Below are positions 24,126 to 35,767 of a DNA stretch of 64,000 bases, piece by piece. The number at the start of each line of letters is the position of its first letter. The stretch's first letter is position 1. Position numbers and translations under genes: made by a program. The notes beneath the pieces were generated by a model. It had not been told where the DNA came from. It was given only the letters and a program-made list of their open reading frames with translations, and searched no databases. The stretch comes from Phyllosticta citribraziliensis. Lineage: Eukaryota. The stretch spans positions 310,001 to 374,000 of the forward strand of contig NW_027117352.1 in assembly GCF_038025025.1 (NCBI RefSeq), read 5' to 3'.

Positions 24126-27100
24126 ATGAACGGCACTCCTCGCATGCGCTCCGGCGCATTCCCTCAAACCCCAGACACCATCCAGCAGCGTGCCAGGCGA
24201 GCTGCTCGAAATACGACTCCTGGCGGCGGCATCGCCAGCGTACGCGCACCCGTCAGCGATGCCAACATCCTGAACAAACCACCTCCCTCGTCCGGCTCGC
24301 AGCCGCTGATTTCCACCGATGTAATACCTGCACCGACGCAGCGGCTCTACGCCGTCTTCTTCTATGGCGCCCTGCTCGCATGGCGATTCTACGACTTTGT
24401 CAACCTACACACCGAAGAAACAGACTCATTATGGCTGTTCATGAAATGGATGCTCATCGACGCCGTTTTCCTGTTTGGTCTGCCAGCTCTGCGGATACCA
24501 TGGTTGGAGTGGTCAACAACAGTCATGGTCTTTTTGTACATGGCCCATGTTTTGCTGGATGGCATGCTCATGTTCCGGATTGGAGTGAGTTGGTCCTTTT
24601 GAGCTTGGAGGGCGTTGCTGACATTCGTCAAGATACCCATCATGACCTGGATTGGCGGCATGTTCAAAATGGTTTATGACCGCGAAATGGCCATTGAAGA
24701 ACACAATGTGGACCCTTGGACAGTTCGCCACAACGAATCTCTGATTCTAGGAAGACAAATCGTCAACATCCTTCCCGAAGGGTAAGTCTGCCCTTGATCG
24801 TTCGTCGCAGAGGCTAATTATTCTAGGTCTGCTACTCTCAACCCAGATCGCGAGTCCTTTTGCTTGGGTGGACCCATCAAGGACATTCAAATCCCGATCC
24901 TGATCAATCAAACCACTCCGATGCTTATCGAACTCCTCCGTTACGACCTCAACACTGGTAGCAACGACACGCTGGTCATTTCCGGAAGGGAGTTGAAAAA
25001 CATGATCAAGAATGCAAAGAAGATTCAACGGATTGCTCCAGACGAGCCCCTTCTCCTGGAATATAAGACCAAAAAGACGGGCTTCTACTGGCTCAACAGA
25101 GTCATCGATGAGTCCAAGCTCGAAGTTCAGACTCGCGACCCTGATTTGATGGTGGTTGCCTGTCCAGAGGCTCGGATCAAGCCCAGCAGCAAGCAACGAT
25201 GCAGAGGCGAGGCCGCGGATCTAGGCATTGTGGTCACGGGTACACCGCCGCTACAGCTAAGATACCGCAGAATGGTCGAGGGACAGGAGCGCGAGTCGAA
25301 GAGCGAGTTTCTGCAGCCGGACGACTTTGTCACCCCACTCTCAAGGCACGTGTCTGGCGCTCTCGTCCGGTCAGGCAATTTGGATGTCACTTGGGCACGT
25401 CCCCAATCTGTCGAAGTCCCTCTTACCGACATCCTTGCGCAGTCGGGCCTCTGGCAGTACTCGGTCGAAGAGGTTACTGATGCTTTCGGCAACTTGGTGG
25501 CATACTCCAGGGAGCAGGACGAAGATGAACAGCCAACTCTTGATGACAAGCTTCAGCGCGCATTCTTCGTCTACGAAAGACCTTCAGTCATGCTTCATGG
25601 CTGCGACTCTCAGCATCCGCTCCGCGTCGCTAGGGGCGAAAAGGCCGCTCTTCCAATTCGTTTCTCTTCGACCAACCGAAACCCGCTTATAGAGTCAGAG
25701 CACAACATTGAGTACATGTTTACTCCTGAAGATTCGCTCACAGCAAGCGGCGAACACACTGCCAGCAACAAGACGAAGAGGGAAGTTTTGAAAAACACGG
25801 GCCAGAGAGTCGTCATCCAGAAGCCTGGTTTGTACAGCCTTCGGTCTGTCTCAACAGACATTTGCGAGGGTGAAGTGCAAGAGCCTGCTTCGTGTCTTCT
25901 TCTCAACCCCCCGGAGCCTGATTTGGACATTTCCAGCGACCCAATATTCGACAAGTGCGCCAACAGGCCCCTGGGTCTCCGTGTTAGTCTCGACCTCATT
26001 GGTACCCCTCCCTTCAAGGTCAGCTACTCCATCAAGAAAGGAGGAGAGAAGAGCGAACAGATTGCCCATGTCGACGTCCCCGGCCTCAGGGGCCAAATCG
26101 ACATTATGCCTCCTGACGCTGGTCACTACACCTACACCTTTGCCACAGTCAACGATCAGGTGTACAAGGGCCATTCCATCCGACACAAGAATCTGGTCCT
26201 GGAGCAAGACGTCAAGCCATCCGCTTCTGCCCATTTCATGTATGCTGCGGCCAAGACGGAGGCTTGTATCGACGAGCCCGTCACCTTTGGTATCAAGTTC
26301 GGCGGCGAAGGCCCGTGGACTTTGGAGTATGAACTTGTCCACACCAAGAAGAGGATCAAGAGAGAAATCAAGGGCATCGAGACCGAGACCTTTACAATCA
26401 CCACTGATCCTCTTGATCACGGCGGCGAATACACCATGGCTCTTGCAAGTGTAACGGACCGACTTGGCTGCAAAGAATATCTCAAAGAAGAGGCAAAGAT
26501 CAGCGTGCGTCATGAGCGCCCCAAGGCCTACTTTGGCCAAATCGAAGGCAGGCGTACCGTACGGACCCTCGAAGGCAAGAAGGTCGATCTTCCTCTGCGG
26601 CTTACAGGCAAAGGGCCCTGGAACCTCAAATTCAAGAACGCCGCGGACGCCGACGATTCAGTCCACGCCAAGAGACTGGACCACGCCAACGACTTTCTCG
26701 ATGTCAAGGGCAAGGGTTTGTACGAGCTCTTGGATGTACAAGATGCCATTTGTCCAGGTTCGATTGATCCTGCCGCCAAGGTTTTCGAAGTCGGCTTGAT
26801 CCCGCGACCGACCATCAGAGTCCACGAATCGACGACCATCACGCATGCTGGCAACAACAAGTTCATTCGGCAAGAAATCTGCGAAGGCGACCAGGACAAT
26901 CTCGACGTCAGTCTCACGGGCACGCCGCCATATGGCATCAAGTACGAGCACCACGCACCTGGCTCCGGCTATCAAGTCAAGAATATCAACGCCGCCGTCA
27001 ATGTCGCTTCAATTTCCATGGATACGTCCAAGGCTGGTACGCACGAGTACAAGTTTACAGAGTTGGCCGACAACAACTACAACCACAACGCGAAAACATT

Positions 27101-28046
27101 CCAGCCGCTGGTGGTTGAGCAGCTTGTCAACCCTCGTCCGTCTGCCCGGTTCAAGACCCCTGGCAAGACGTACAGTTACTGCACCACCGAGGACGTCAGT
27201 GCCGAAGACATTCCCATCGAACTGACGGGTCTGCCGCCTTTCCACCTGGAAGTCGACCTCAAGCACGCTGGCGCCAGCAAACCTGAGACGCTGTCGTTCC
27301 CCAACATCCCTTCGACTTCGCATACGATTAGGATTCCTCACCGACACCTCCACCTCGGTGCCTCGAGCCTTATGATCCGCAAAGTGCGCGACGCTCGCGG
27401 CTGCCGCGACAAGCCTAACCTCTCTGCCGCGAGCAAAGACAGCTCCGTCCAACGTGTCCAAATCGCCGTCCACAACGCACCAACCATCAACCCGCTCGAC
27501 ACGCGCAGCGAATACTGCGTCGGCGACCGTCTTTCATACGCGCTCTCGGGTGTCGCTCCCTTCTCCGTTTTCTACACCTTCAACGGCCACTCGCGCAAGG
27601 CCATGGCCGAAGGCACAACGTTCCGCCGTCTGGCCGAGCGACCCGGTGCCTTTGCCATCACAGGCATCGCCGACGCGGCATCGCAGTGCCACAACAACGT
27701 GCAGCACGCGGCGACGATCCACGAGATGCCGTCGGTGCGCGTCAGCAAAGGCCGCGAGACGCGCGTCGACATCCACGAGGGCGGCGAGGCCGAGATCCTG
27801 TTCGAGTTTGGCGGCACGCCGCCGTTCGAATTCACGTACACGCGCAGCACCAACGCGCGCCCCGGCCGCAGGAGCGTCGTCCTCGAGACGCGCACCCTCA
27901 CCAGCATCGACTACTCGCTGCGCATCAAGGCCAGCGAGGAGGGCACGTACGAGGTCGTCGCCATCCGCGACGCGTGGTGTGCGTACAGCAAGGGCGGCAA
28001 GACGGGCGGTGCTGGGTCCGAGGCGCAGAAAATGTTGACTTACTGA
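24126..28046 (+). CDS. POM152: Nuclear pore membrane protein Pom152, 3 exons
   Basis: MNGTPR start, APTQRLYA, FMKW..ID..FLFGLP.LRIPWLE, ILGRQIVNILPEG and repeated Ig-like units (GTPPF, GEGPW, GVAPF) with paired Cys. Introns near 24584 and 24782. Confidence 0.95.
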
Positions 28047-28490
28047 TTGGTTGGTGAGGTACATAGGGAGACGTGATAGAAGAGGATGAGATTGGGTGCG
28101 TGGATGATTGGAGAAATAGGAGGTGGTGGTGGTTAGATGGTGGGATGGCATTTATGCGGCGTTATGACTCTCTTATTTCCCCACCCTTATCCGTTTTGCC
28201 AAAAGCGTGCGGCTCTAGTCGAATTGATTGATTCGTCGTCATTGTTCATGTGGCGTGGATGCTGTGAGAATGAAGTGTGTTTGAGGAACATGAACATGTC
28301 GAGCTGGTCAGGGTGGATTCCGTTGTTTTGCGTGACAAGGCTCTCCACGCGATGACCTTGCTGGAAAGGAAAGACGACAGGACTCGGTGGGAGCTGTCGT
28401 CAGTTTGGGTCAAAGAGCACCAGAGGGGGCTGGTCCGCCTATGCTTTTACATTCAAACTTTCCAGCTTCACGGTACCGAGCCAACCTTAA

Positions 28491-29003
28491 CCAGCAGATA
28501 CCGGAGCTCCGCCAGGACAGCGACTGCTTACGGCCCCGGGTGAAAGGTCCAGCCAGCACTCATCACAAGAGCTAAAGGAGGAGTCGGACACAGAGGAGGC
28601 CACTTGGCCTGAAGTTGATGAAGTGTCCACGGACGAAGACTCAGAGACAGACGAGGCAAGAAGGTCTCAGAGGTCCGAAACCATCCAAGTCGAGGATGAT
28701 TTCCCGGAAATCAAGAGGGAAGAGTCAGAAACTCGCGAGCCACAAGGACAACTAACTCGCTTGAACGATGGATCCTGGTCAGACCCCAGCGCGCCTCGTC
28801 CACCCTTGGACTGGGACAAGCTTGGAGTGCTTGGGGTTCTCGCGCGCCTTCGAGAGTACCATGACTGCACACATAAGGTGTGGAGAGTTGTTCGGGGTCT
28901 TGACCAGTGCGAGGAATGTTACGACACGCCTGCTGAGGATGTCCTTGAATGCCGTTGCTGCTTCACTCGCATGTGCAGCAGGTGTCGCCGCAATCAGCTT
29001 TGA
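28491..29003 (+). other. Reading frame encoding an acidic linker plus a stand-alone RBR-type C-terminal Cys-rich module (small gene with unresolved 5' exon, or gene relic)
   Basis: Frame is open from 28491 to 29003, beginning at a TTAAC-CAGCAG acceptor-like signal. The last 47 aa align without gaps to the tails of the neighbouring RBR genes. No in-frame ATG lies before the module. Confidence 0.6.
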
Positions 29004-29264
29004 GGGCTGTGGCTGCTTTCTCTTCTCTGTGCGCTGAAGGGGATTGATATTGATCATTGGGCCTGGATGGTTGGATCAATTCATTTAAATGCAAGATTGA
29101 GACTTCGCTAGTACGGGCTGGTGTATTGGGCGTTTTTGGAGTTCTTTCTCAAAATTTCTGTCAGTTTGTTGTCTCAGAAGACAGACATGAGTTGAGGAAC
29201 AGGTTTGGAGACAAGTTTGAAACTAATACTTCGGAATCTTAACTACACCGCTGTGGCATTCTCA

Positions 29265-30592
29265 TTATAGCCTATTCCTCCGGCACCTGTTGCAGCTTCT
29301 CAACACGCACCGTTGGCACTCAAAAATGTAGCGCGGCAACCGGTGGTTGCACGTCTCGCAGCGATGAGAGCCACGAATGAGAGACCATTGGTCGTGACGA
29401 CACTCCTAGTGTTGCTGCTGCAGATTAGTTAAAGCTCGGGTGAAGGCTAAGAAGACATCAACTGCGTTGTTCGGCTGCCAAATGTGTTCCTCGTCAGCAA
29501 CCCGACAGTTGCATGTTTTCCAGGCAGCTCTGCACAAATAGCACCACTCAGCGCGGCAGAGGCAGCTAATACATCTCAGTGTTCATGGACATTAAGTAAA
29601 AGGGCTCGAGACTCACGTCATGTGGTAGCACCCGCTTTCGAGACTTATCAGACGTCGGCACTGATTGCAACGCTGCCATTGGTTGTCCTGGGCCATTTCC
29701 AGCAATTGTTGTGTCTCCTTATCTTGAGGGCAGTCCCTGTCGCCGTGCGCTCCAGCTTTGCAAATCGTGCAAGTTCGCGAGCGGCAAGACGGACAATCCG
29801 CTATGTCGTTCCGAATCAGATGCGGTCGAATCCAAGCTGAGCATGTTGGCCTCGCACAGTATGTCCGATTCTTCGTCTCCCATTCTGGGGCTTTCCTTAT
29901 GAAGTCCCTTTCCGTCCGCAGACTCAGAAACTTGCGCACCGAATCCAGAGGGATCTCAGTGCGGCAACAGCGTGGCGGGTACAGAGTCTCATCCTTGACG
30001 GCATCCAGGAACAGGTGTTCAATGCAGTCTGCACAGTAGTAGTGGCCACAAGGAGTGCTCGCACATTCGAAGTACTTTTTGTCCTCAAGGCAGGCTGTGC
30101 ATTGCTGATAGATCGAAGACGACTTGCCTTTGTGGTTGACAGCACTGGATGCGCAGTGACTAGACGACTCGCCAGCATGGGGTTGCACAGATGTGCCATT
30201 CCAGTAAAGAGGTGCAAATTCGAGGTCTGAGCTGGACCAATCCGCTTGAGAGATATCCGAAAATCCATCGTTGGAGGAGGCGGCCTCTGGACACTCGCGA
30301 GACTGGCCCAACTCTTCCAGCGCCGCGGCTTGACTAAGATCACGGCGTTCCGTGGCAATGTTGGCCTCAGCAGAAAGCTACACATGCGTCAGCTAGCAAT
30401 CAAGCACCGATGTTGACAATGAGAACCAACCTCTTCCAAGTACAGATTGAGGGAATATTCCTCATCCGTCTCCCTCCCTCTGCTTTTACCATTGGGTGCA
30501 TGGTGGATGTATTGAATGTCTTCAATCTGCAGTCTCCGAATCAAAGCTGCTGTCTGATCGTCTTCATTCGGTAGATATGCTGTTGAAGCCAT
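29265..30592 (-). CDS. RBR (RING1-IBR-RING2) E3 ubiquitin ligase A, with in-frame TAG at 29406-29408 before the C-terminal module
   Basis: CTACLE..PCGHYYCADC, LYPPRCC, RTYC....C, WQRCNQC....GCYHMT|CLCRAEWCYLC. Introns 30378-30430 and 29566-29616. The RBR core is intact, so this is either a truncated allele or a recoded gene. Confidence 0.85.
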
Positions 30593-31921
30593 TGCGATTC
30601 TGACGGAATGTTTCGTTTGTAGTCGCTCGTGAGCCCGAAGCTCCTGAGTTTGGAGGATCCGGCTTGGGTCTGTTGCCACGTTGGCAGTACCGGCGTGCCT
30701 TCCATTGTTTGTGGCCGTACCATGGGACGCGTATTCCAGAACCGGTCACCCAACGGAACTCTGCTCCGGAAGGAAGATACGGGCGGACACGCTGTCTAAT
30801 CCTGACTCTGTTTCCGTTGTGCTCTTTCTGCAATCTACACGGCGACATGTGTCGCAAGTTCAGAATTGGCTCAATGTTGCAATGGCTTTGAAGTTATGGG
30901 GTTGCCGAATCTGGTGTCCAGCCAAAAGTTTACAACAAGCCCGTGTTGTTAAGTGAGCGATCAGTCAGGAGCGTGAGGAAGATTAAAAGATCTGCCCAAT
31001 TCCTCTTGGCACAGCTGACATGCATATTCCTCGTTATTAAGACATCCAGCTCGACCTTTTCCTTTCGAAATTCAAAACGATGTTTCCAAAATCCTCGAGC
31101 TGTAGTTGAATGATCAATGAAGCTGAAGGCTCGTCCAGGCTCTAAACCTGTGGGCATAAAGACATAGTAGCCATCCTCAAAAACACGAAAGATGTGGATT
31201 TAATGGCTGATAATAGTAGGGCGATGTAGAGGTCGTGTTGTAATCAGGTGGGCTCGAGGATTGGGTACGCGTCAATGCCCAGCGTGGAACCGTGTCAATG
31301 CGGAGCTCCGGAGTCTCAATTGAGTTTGACTCAAAGACACGATCATGGCAAGTCCAGATTTGACGTACTCTATCATCATTCGCCATCATGGGAACATGAA
31401 TCGCGGAAGGACCCTGACACCAGCCTTTCAACTTTGTGAAACGCAGCTGAGAGCACTGCGAATACCGCGCGCTTCGTGATGGTGTTCTTGACGGACCCAT
31501 AGAGCCTCAAGGATTAGTGCATTCCCATTGCGTTAATTGAATAAAACTCTTATTCCGTCTTGCCATAGGGTATGTCATTGATTTGTTTAGCTACTTCGTC
31601 GCGGCGGGTCGAATTGAAGTATCGCTGATTCCGAATCACTTACTTTGGGAATTATACTCTCGCCTCTCTCTCCAATCGGATCACTGCTTCCAGCCACAGG
31701 AACTGAAGTATATTCATGTCTCAAATCCTTCCCACGCATCCTGGTCAGCAGTAGAACGTGCAGGCGACTCAAATGTGCACTCACCACAAACGCATCTGTA
31801 AAGGGGCACTTCGATTGGAAAGGAAAACCACCACTTCGAGTTTATCACACGCACATAGACAGAGTATGTTTTGTGAACTCAGCGAATGGGTCTTCAAAAT
31901 TGGTAAGCCGAGTGAAGTGGC

Positions 31922-33345
31922 TTAAAGCCTGTTCATCCGACATCTTTTGCACGCGTGCACCATGCACTGGCGACATTCGAAGATGAAGTTGGGAAGCCAG
32001 TGGTTGCACTGCTCACAGCGATGGGCCCCTCTCACGTACACCCAGTGGTGGTTCGTACACTCGTGGTTCCGCAAGAGACGCTGATAGACGTCTGCGGCGC
32101 CTGCGCCAGGTTGAGCTTGCTGCCCTCGAGCAACGACATTCTCGGCCCTTCGCAAGAGATGGTGCTCGTCGAACATCGGGCATGTGCAGTCTTTCCACCT
32201 CATCCCACATACATAGCACCACTCCGCGCCACATTTGCACCTGAGGGCGTCAACCAGACAGTAAACTTGTGGGATCCCGGCACTTACGTCATGTGGTAAC
32301 AACCAGTATCGATTTCGATTATCGCGCGGCATCGGTAGCAGCGTTGCCAGTTCAACTCTTCAGCTAGCCGAAGCAACTGTAACGTCTGTTCGTCTTTAGG
32401 ACACTCCCCGAGCCCGTGTGCTTCTCCTTTGCACAAAGAGCACGTTGCCATCTTGCACTTTGGACAACGGCCCACGTCATTTTTGATCAGATCAGGGTGG
32501 ATCCAGGCCGAGCATGTTGGGACAAAACAGTAGGTCCGATCTTTGGTTTCCAATTCCGGGACCTTGCTCTTGAATTCTTCAGCGACTTTTTCGTCGAGCA
32601 CGAAACGCACGGATGAGAATGGAATCGGGATTCTACAGCAGCGAGGTGGATACAGCGACTCATCTTTTGTCGAATCCGAGAAGAGATGGTCGAGACACTC
32701 GCCGCAATACTCGTGACCACACGGCGCGCGTGCGATGTCATAGGACTTCTTGGTCGCGCAGGCCACACACTCTCGACTGGATGAACGACTCGATTTGGAG
32801 GCTAGTTTTCTTGCGCCTTGGGAGGATGACTCTCCAACCTCAGTCTCGTCTTCTTCATCATGCGTTAGGTCGACCGAAATGGCAGAATCTCGATCTTCCG
32901 CAAAGTATTTCTCGGCATAGTCCTTTGAGACGTGCAGCTCCAGCAACTTGGCCAAGAGTTCTTCGTCCACAGGCTCGTCCTGGCTTGGGCGGGAATCGGA
33001 GGGCTGTGGCGCGGGTCGACGGCCGTCTACTTGATATGCCAGGTTGCGATCGTTCGCTGCAAGTTCCTCCTGTCCAGCCAGCTCGGAGAGGATATGGCGA
33101 TCAGTCTGCTGAGCATGGATGATGCTCTGCGACATTTGTCTGTCTTGTAAAATCCCCATGCTAGCTTCTATATCCTCCTGGCACAATTGAAGAGCAACTT
33201 CTTGGTCGCTGACTTCTCCAACGCGAGTTTTACCCTTCGACGCATTGAAAAGAGAGTTGATGTCTTCCAGCTGCAACTGCAGCATCAAGGCCGCTGAGTC
33301 CGCATCGACGGTGTGGAGGTAGGAATTGAATGTCGCCGAGACCAT
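31922..33345 (-). CDS. RBR E3 ubiquitin ligase B, full length with C-terminal Cys-rich module
   Basis: CVAC..PCGHEYCGEC, LYPPRCC, IBR and GCYHMT|CKCGAEWCYVC. Intron 32241-32287. Ends CKRCRMNRL. Confidence 0.93.
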
Positions 33346-34013
33346 AGCGTCTTTTTGTTCCAGACTTTGTTTGGCAATGAGACATGAACAAAAGATTCCA
33401 GAGATGTGACTGTTGCGCGAATGTCGGTAGTATTGGTGCTGCCTGCATCCATTTGTACTCAGACTCCAAAGGCCCGGGAAACCAGGGCATGTATGGTTCA
33501 AAACCGAGTCTAAATTCAATCGAACTTTAGTAACAGCCGTATATGCTTCCCGTTCTTTACAGACTCACCGGTAAAGTCTAGATATCGGAATCAAGTGGAA
33601 TCCGAACATAGAAATCCCAGCCAGACTCCGTCGAGCAAGGTCCCTGTGGGCAGTATTTGCTTTTGGCGGCCAAGACAAGACCTCTGTACGCCATGCTCGA
33701 CCGCGTGGGACGAGCAGACTAAGCGTCCTGCTTACTTTTGTTCTCAAACCTTACCTTGCGCTTGACTTTGAATGGCAGGTCCGAGGCTTGTAAGTGTTTG
33801 CAATTGCCGAGATCGAGCTACCGTAGTTCGGACATTGGGGTGTAGCGACATGAGGTGCTGTGATCTGTCTATGATCAGAATTTTAGTACTGAAAGACTTC
33901 GGTGCGCATTCGAGAAGAAAAATTACGAAGCTTAGGAGATATTCCACTTCTAAACTGCCCACCAAAACGCCATTCGCTATGCCATATTCCCACTGGTATC
34001 ATTTTCCCTGCCG

Positions 34014-35088
34014 TCATATCTCGGCAACGTTGAAAACCGAGTCTACCTCAACCCTCGAGCCTAAGCTCGTTGCCACCATGTCCTTGATCCCATCCCAATT
34101 GATGTCGTTGAAGCGCCTGCCGCTCAACTGCTGGCCAGCCTCAATGGCCTCGGCATACTTGCCCAAGGCTAACCTCCGCGCCACAACAGTATCACGGGCA
34201 GCGTGGTACGTCCTGCCCTTGCCCTCAAGAAGGTATTCCTCGAACCATGCCTCTTGCTCTGCCGTGAGGGGCAGGTTGATGAGCTCATCTACAACGTTGG
34301 AGGAGCCGTCGCTGCGCGAGTGTTGCAGGGCATCGTCGATGAGTAGCTCGAAGAGCGACTTGTGGTCTTGCACAGGCTGAGTTTCGATGAAGAAGTAGGC
34401 CTGGATGAGCGAGAGGTGCGCCAGGTATGTAACGTACGACTTTTGGAGATCGGGGTTCGTAAGCGGCGGGCGAACGGCGTTGTAGTACGCGAGAGGAAGA
34501 TGCTTGTTTGCGAGCTTGCCATGGTCGATGAGGACACGGAGGATGTCTTCTGGGAAAGCAGGAAGGAGGGAAGGGTGCGTAAGATATTCCAGCGCCGCCT
34601 GTTCCTTTTGTCAATGTCCTGTCTCTGCATGCGAAAGGCCAGGGTTCCATACCTCGAATTGTAGGTGGTCCAAATTCCAAAGCCCTTGAATGACGATCCA
34701 GTATTTGTGCGACAGGTGACTCTTCTTTGCAAACGTCTCGGCAGCTTCCTCGTCGTCCAGAGCGGTGCAGTCCTTCAAGAGGTAGTATAGCAGCGACTGC
34801 TTGTAGTGGTCCGCGATTTCGGCGCTGACGATCTTGTCATGAAGCTCCTCCAGGTTTCCATCTTTGGAGGGAGGATACAGGTAGCCACCTATGGGACAGT
34901 CAGTGACGATTTGCGCTTGGGGGTCTGCTCTCGGACACACTCTTGACGTGAAGTTGCGCGAGAAGCTTGTCGAAGAACAGAGAGCCGCCTAGCGTGCGAC
35001 GGTTGGAGCGGATGGTGTGTTGGACATTCTGGCTGTATATCTCAGTTCCGCTGGGGAAAACAGCAGAAAATTCGTATATGTCGAGCAT
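34014..35088 (-). CDS. ELYS-domain nuclear pore assembly protein, 3 exons
   Basis: R..LGG.LFFD.LL, YPP.....L..LH..I, HYKQSLLYYLLKD, GLW.LD...F|AALEYLTHPSL and LPL..EQE.WFEEYL. Confidence 0.85.
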
Positions 35089-35767
35089 GGCGGGCGCGTG
35101 TTGCTAAGGTTGAGGATGCGCGCGCAGTGTGGTGTTTGGCGCGCGAGTCAAGTTGGATTATGTCACGGCCCGTCCACGACACCACTGCTCCGGCTTCCTT
35201 TCCCATGCCACTTTTCCATATCTCGTCATCAGAATGTCAGAGCATGTCGACTTGCCGGAATCCGCATTGATCTTCTCTTCACTGGGCCGAGACTCTGGCC
35301 TCTCACAAAAAACGCGTCCCTCTGCAATGGAGCTGCTTACTTCGCCTTGCCCGTGGATTTGAACAAAAGACGAAGTCCCTGGATTCGTCTCCAGGGTTGC
35401 CGAGAACCAGGAATGCTGCGCCCTTGACTGCCAATGGCTTCTTTCTTTTCCCTCGCATCAATTTGACACGGCCAAGTTACCTTTGACGCGACAATTTTCT
35501 TCAGACGCTGCTTCAGAAAGGAAGAAGCAGTTGCAAGCACTCAGCCTGCTCCGTAGGGATGCAGGTAGGCTTAGAGTATCGTGATCTCATCTGCATACTC
35601 CTGAAAACCCTTGCCTCGAACCATGTGGCAATACGAAATTCCGCACATTCCGGTCCTTTTGACAATCACTTGAACGCGTTGAGAATTTTACCACTTCATC
35701 ATTTCCTTGTGCTGCCCCGCGCGCAGAAACCAGACCGCTCTGTGTTTGACGCCAGGTTTGTCTCATC

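Noticed and set aside
31150..31230. Ankyrin-like peptide GHKDIVAILKNTKDVDLMADN on the + strand
   Set aside because: It is a single short match bounded by stops, with wrong spacing to any TPLH motif and no neighbouring repeats. Probably chance.
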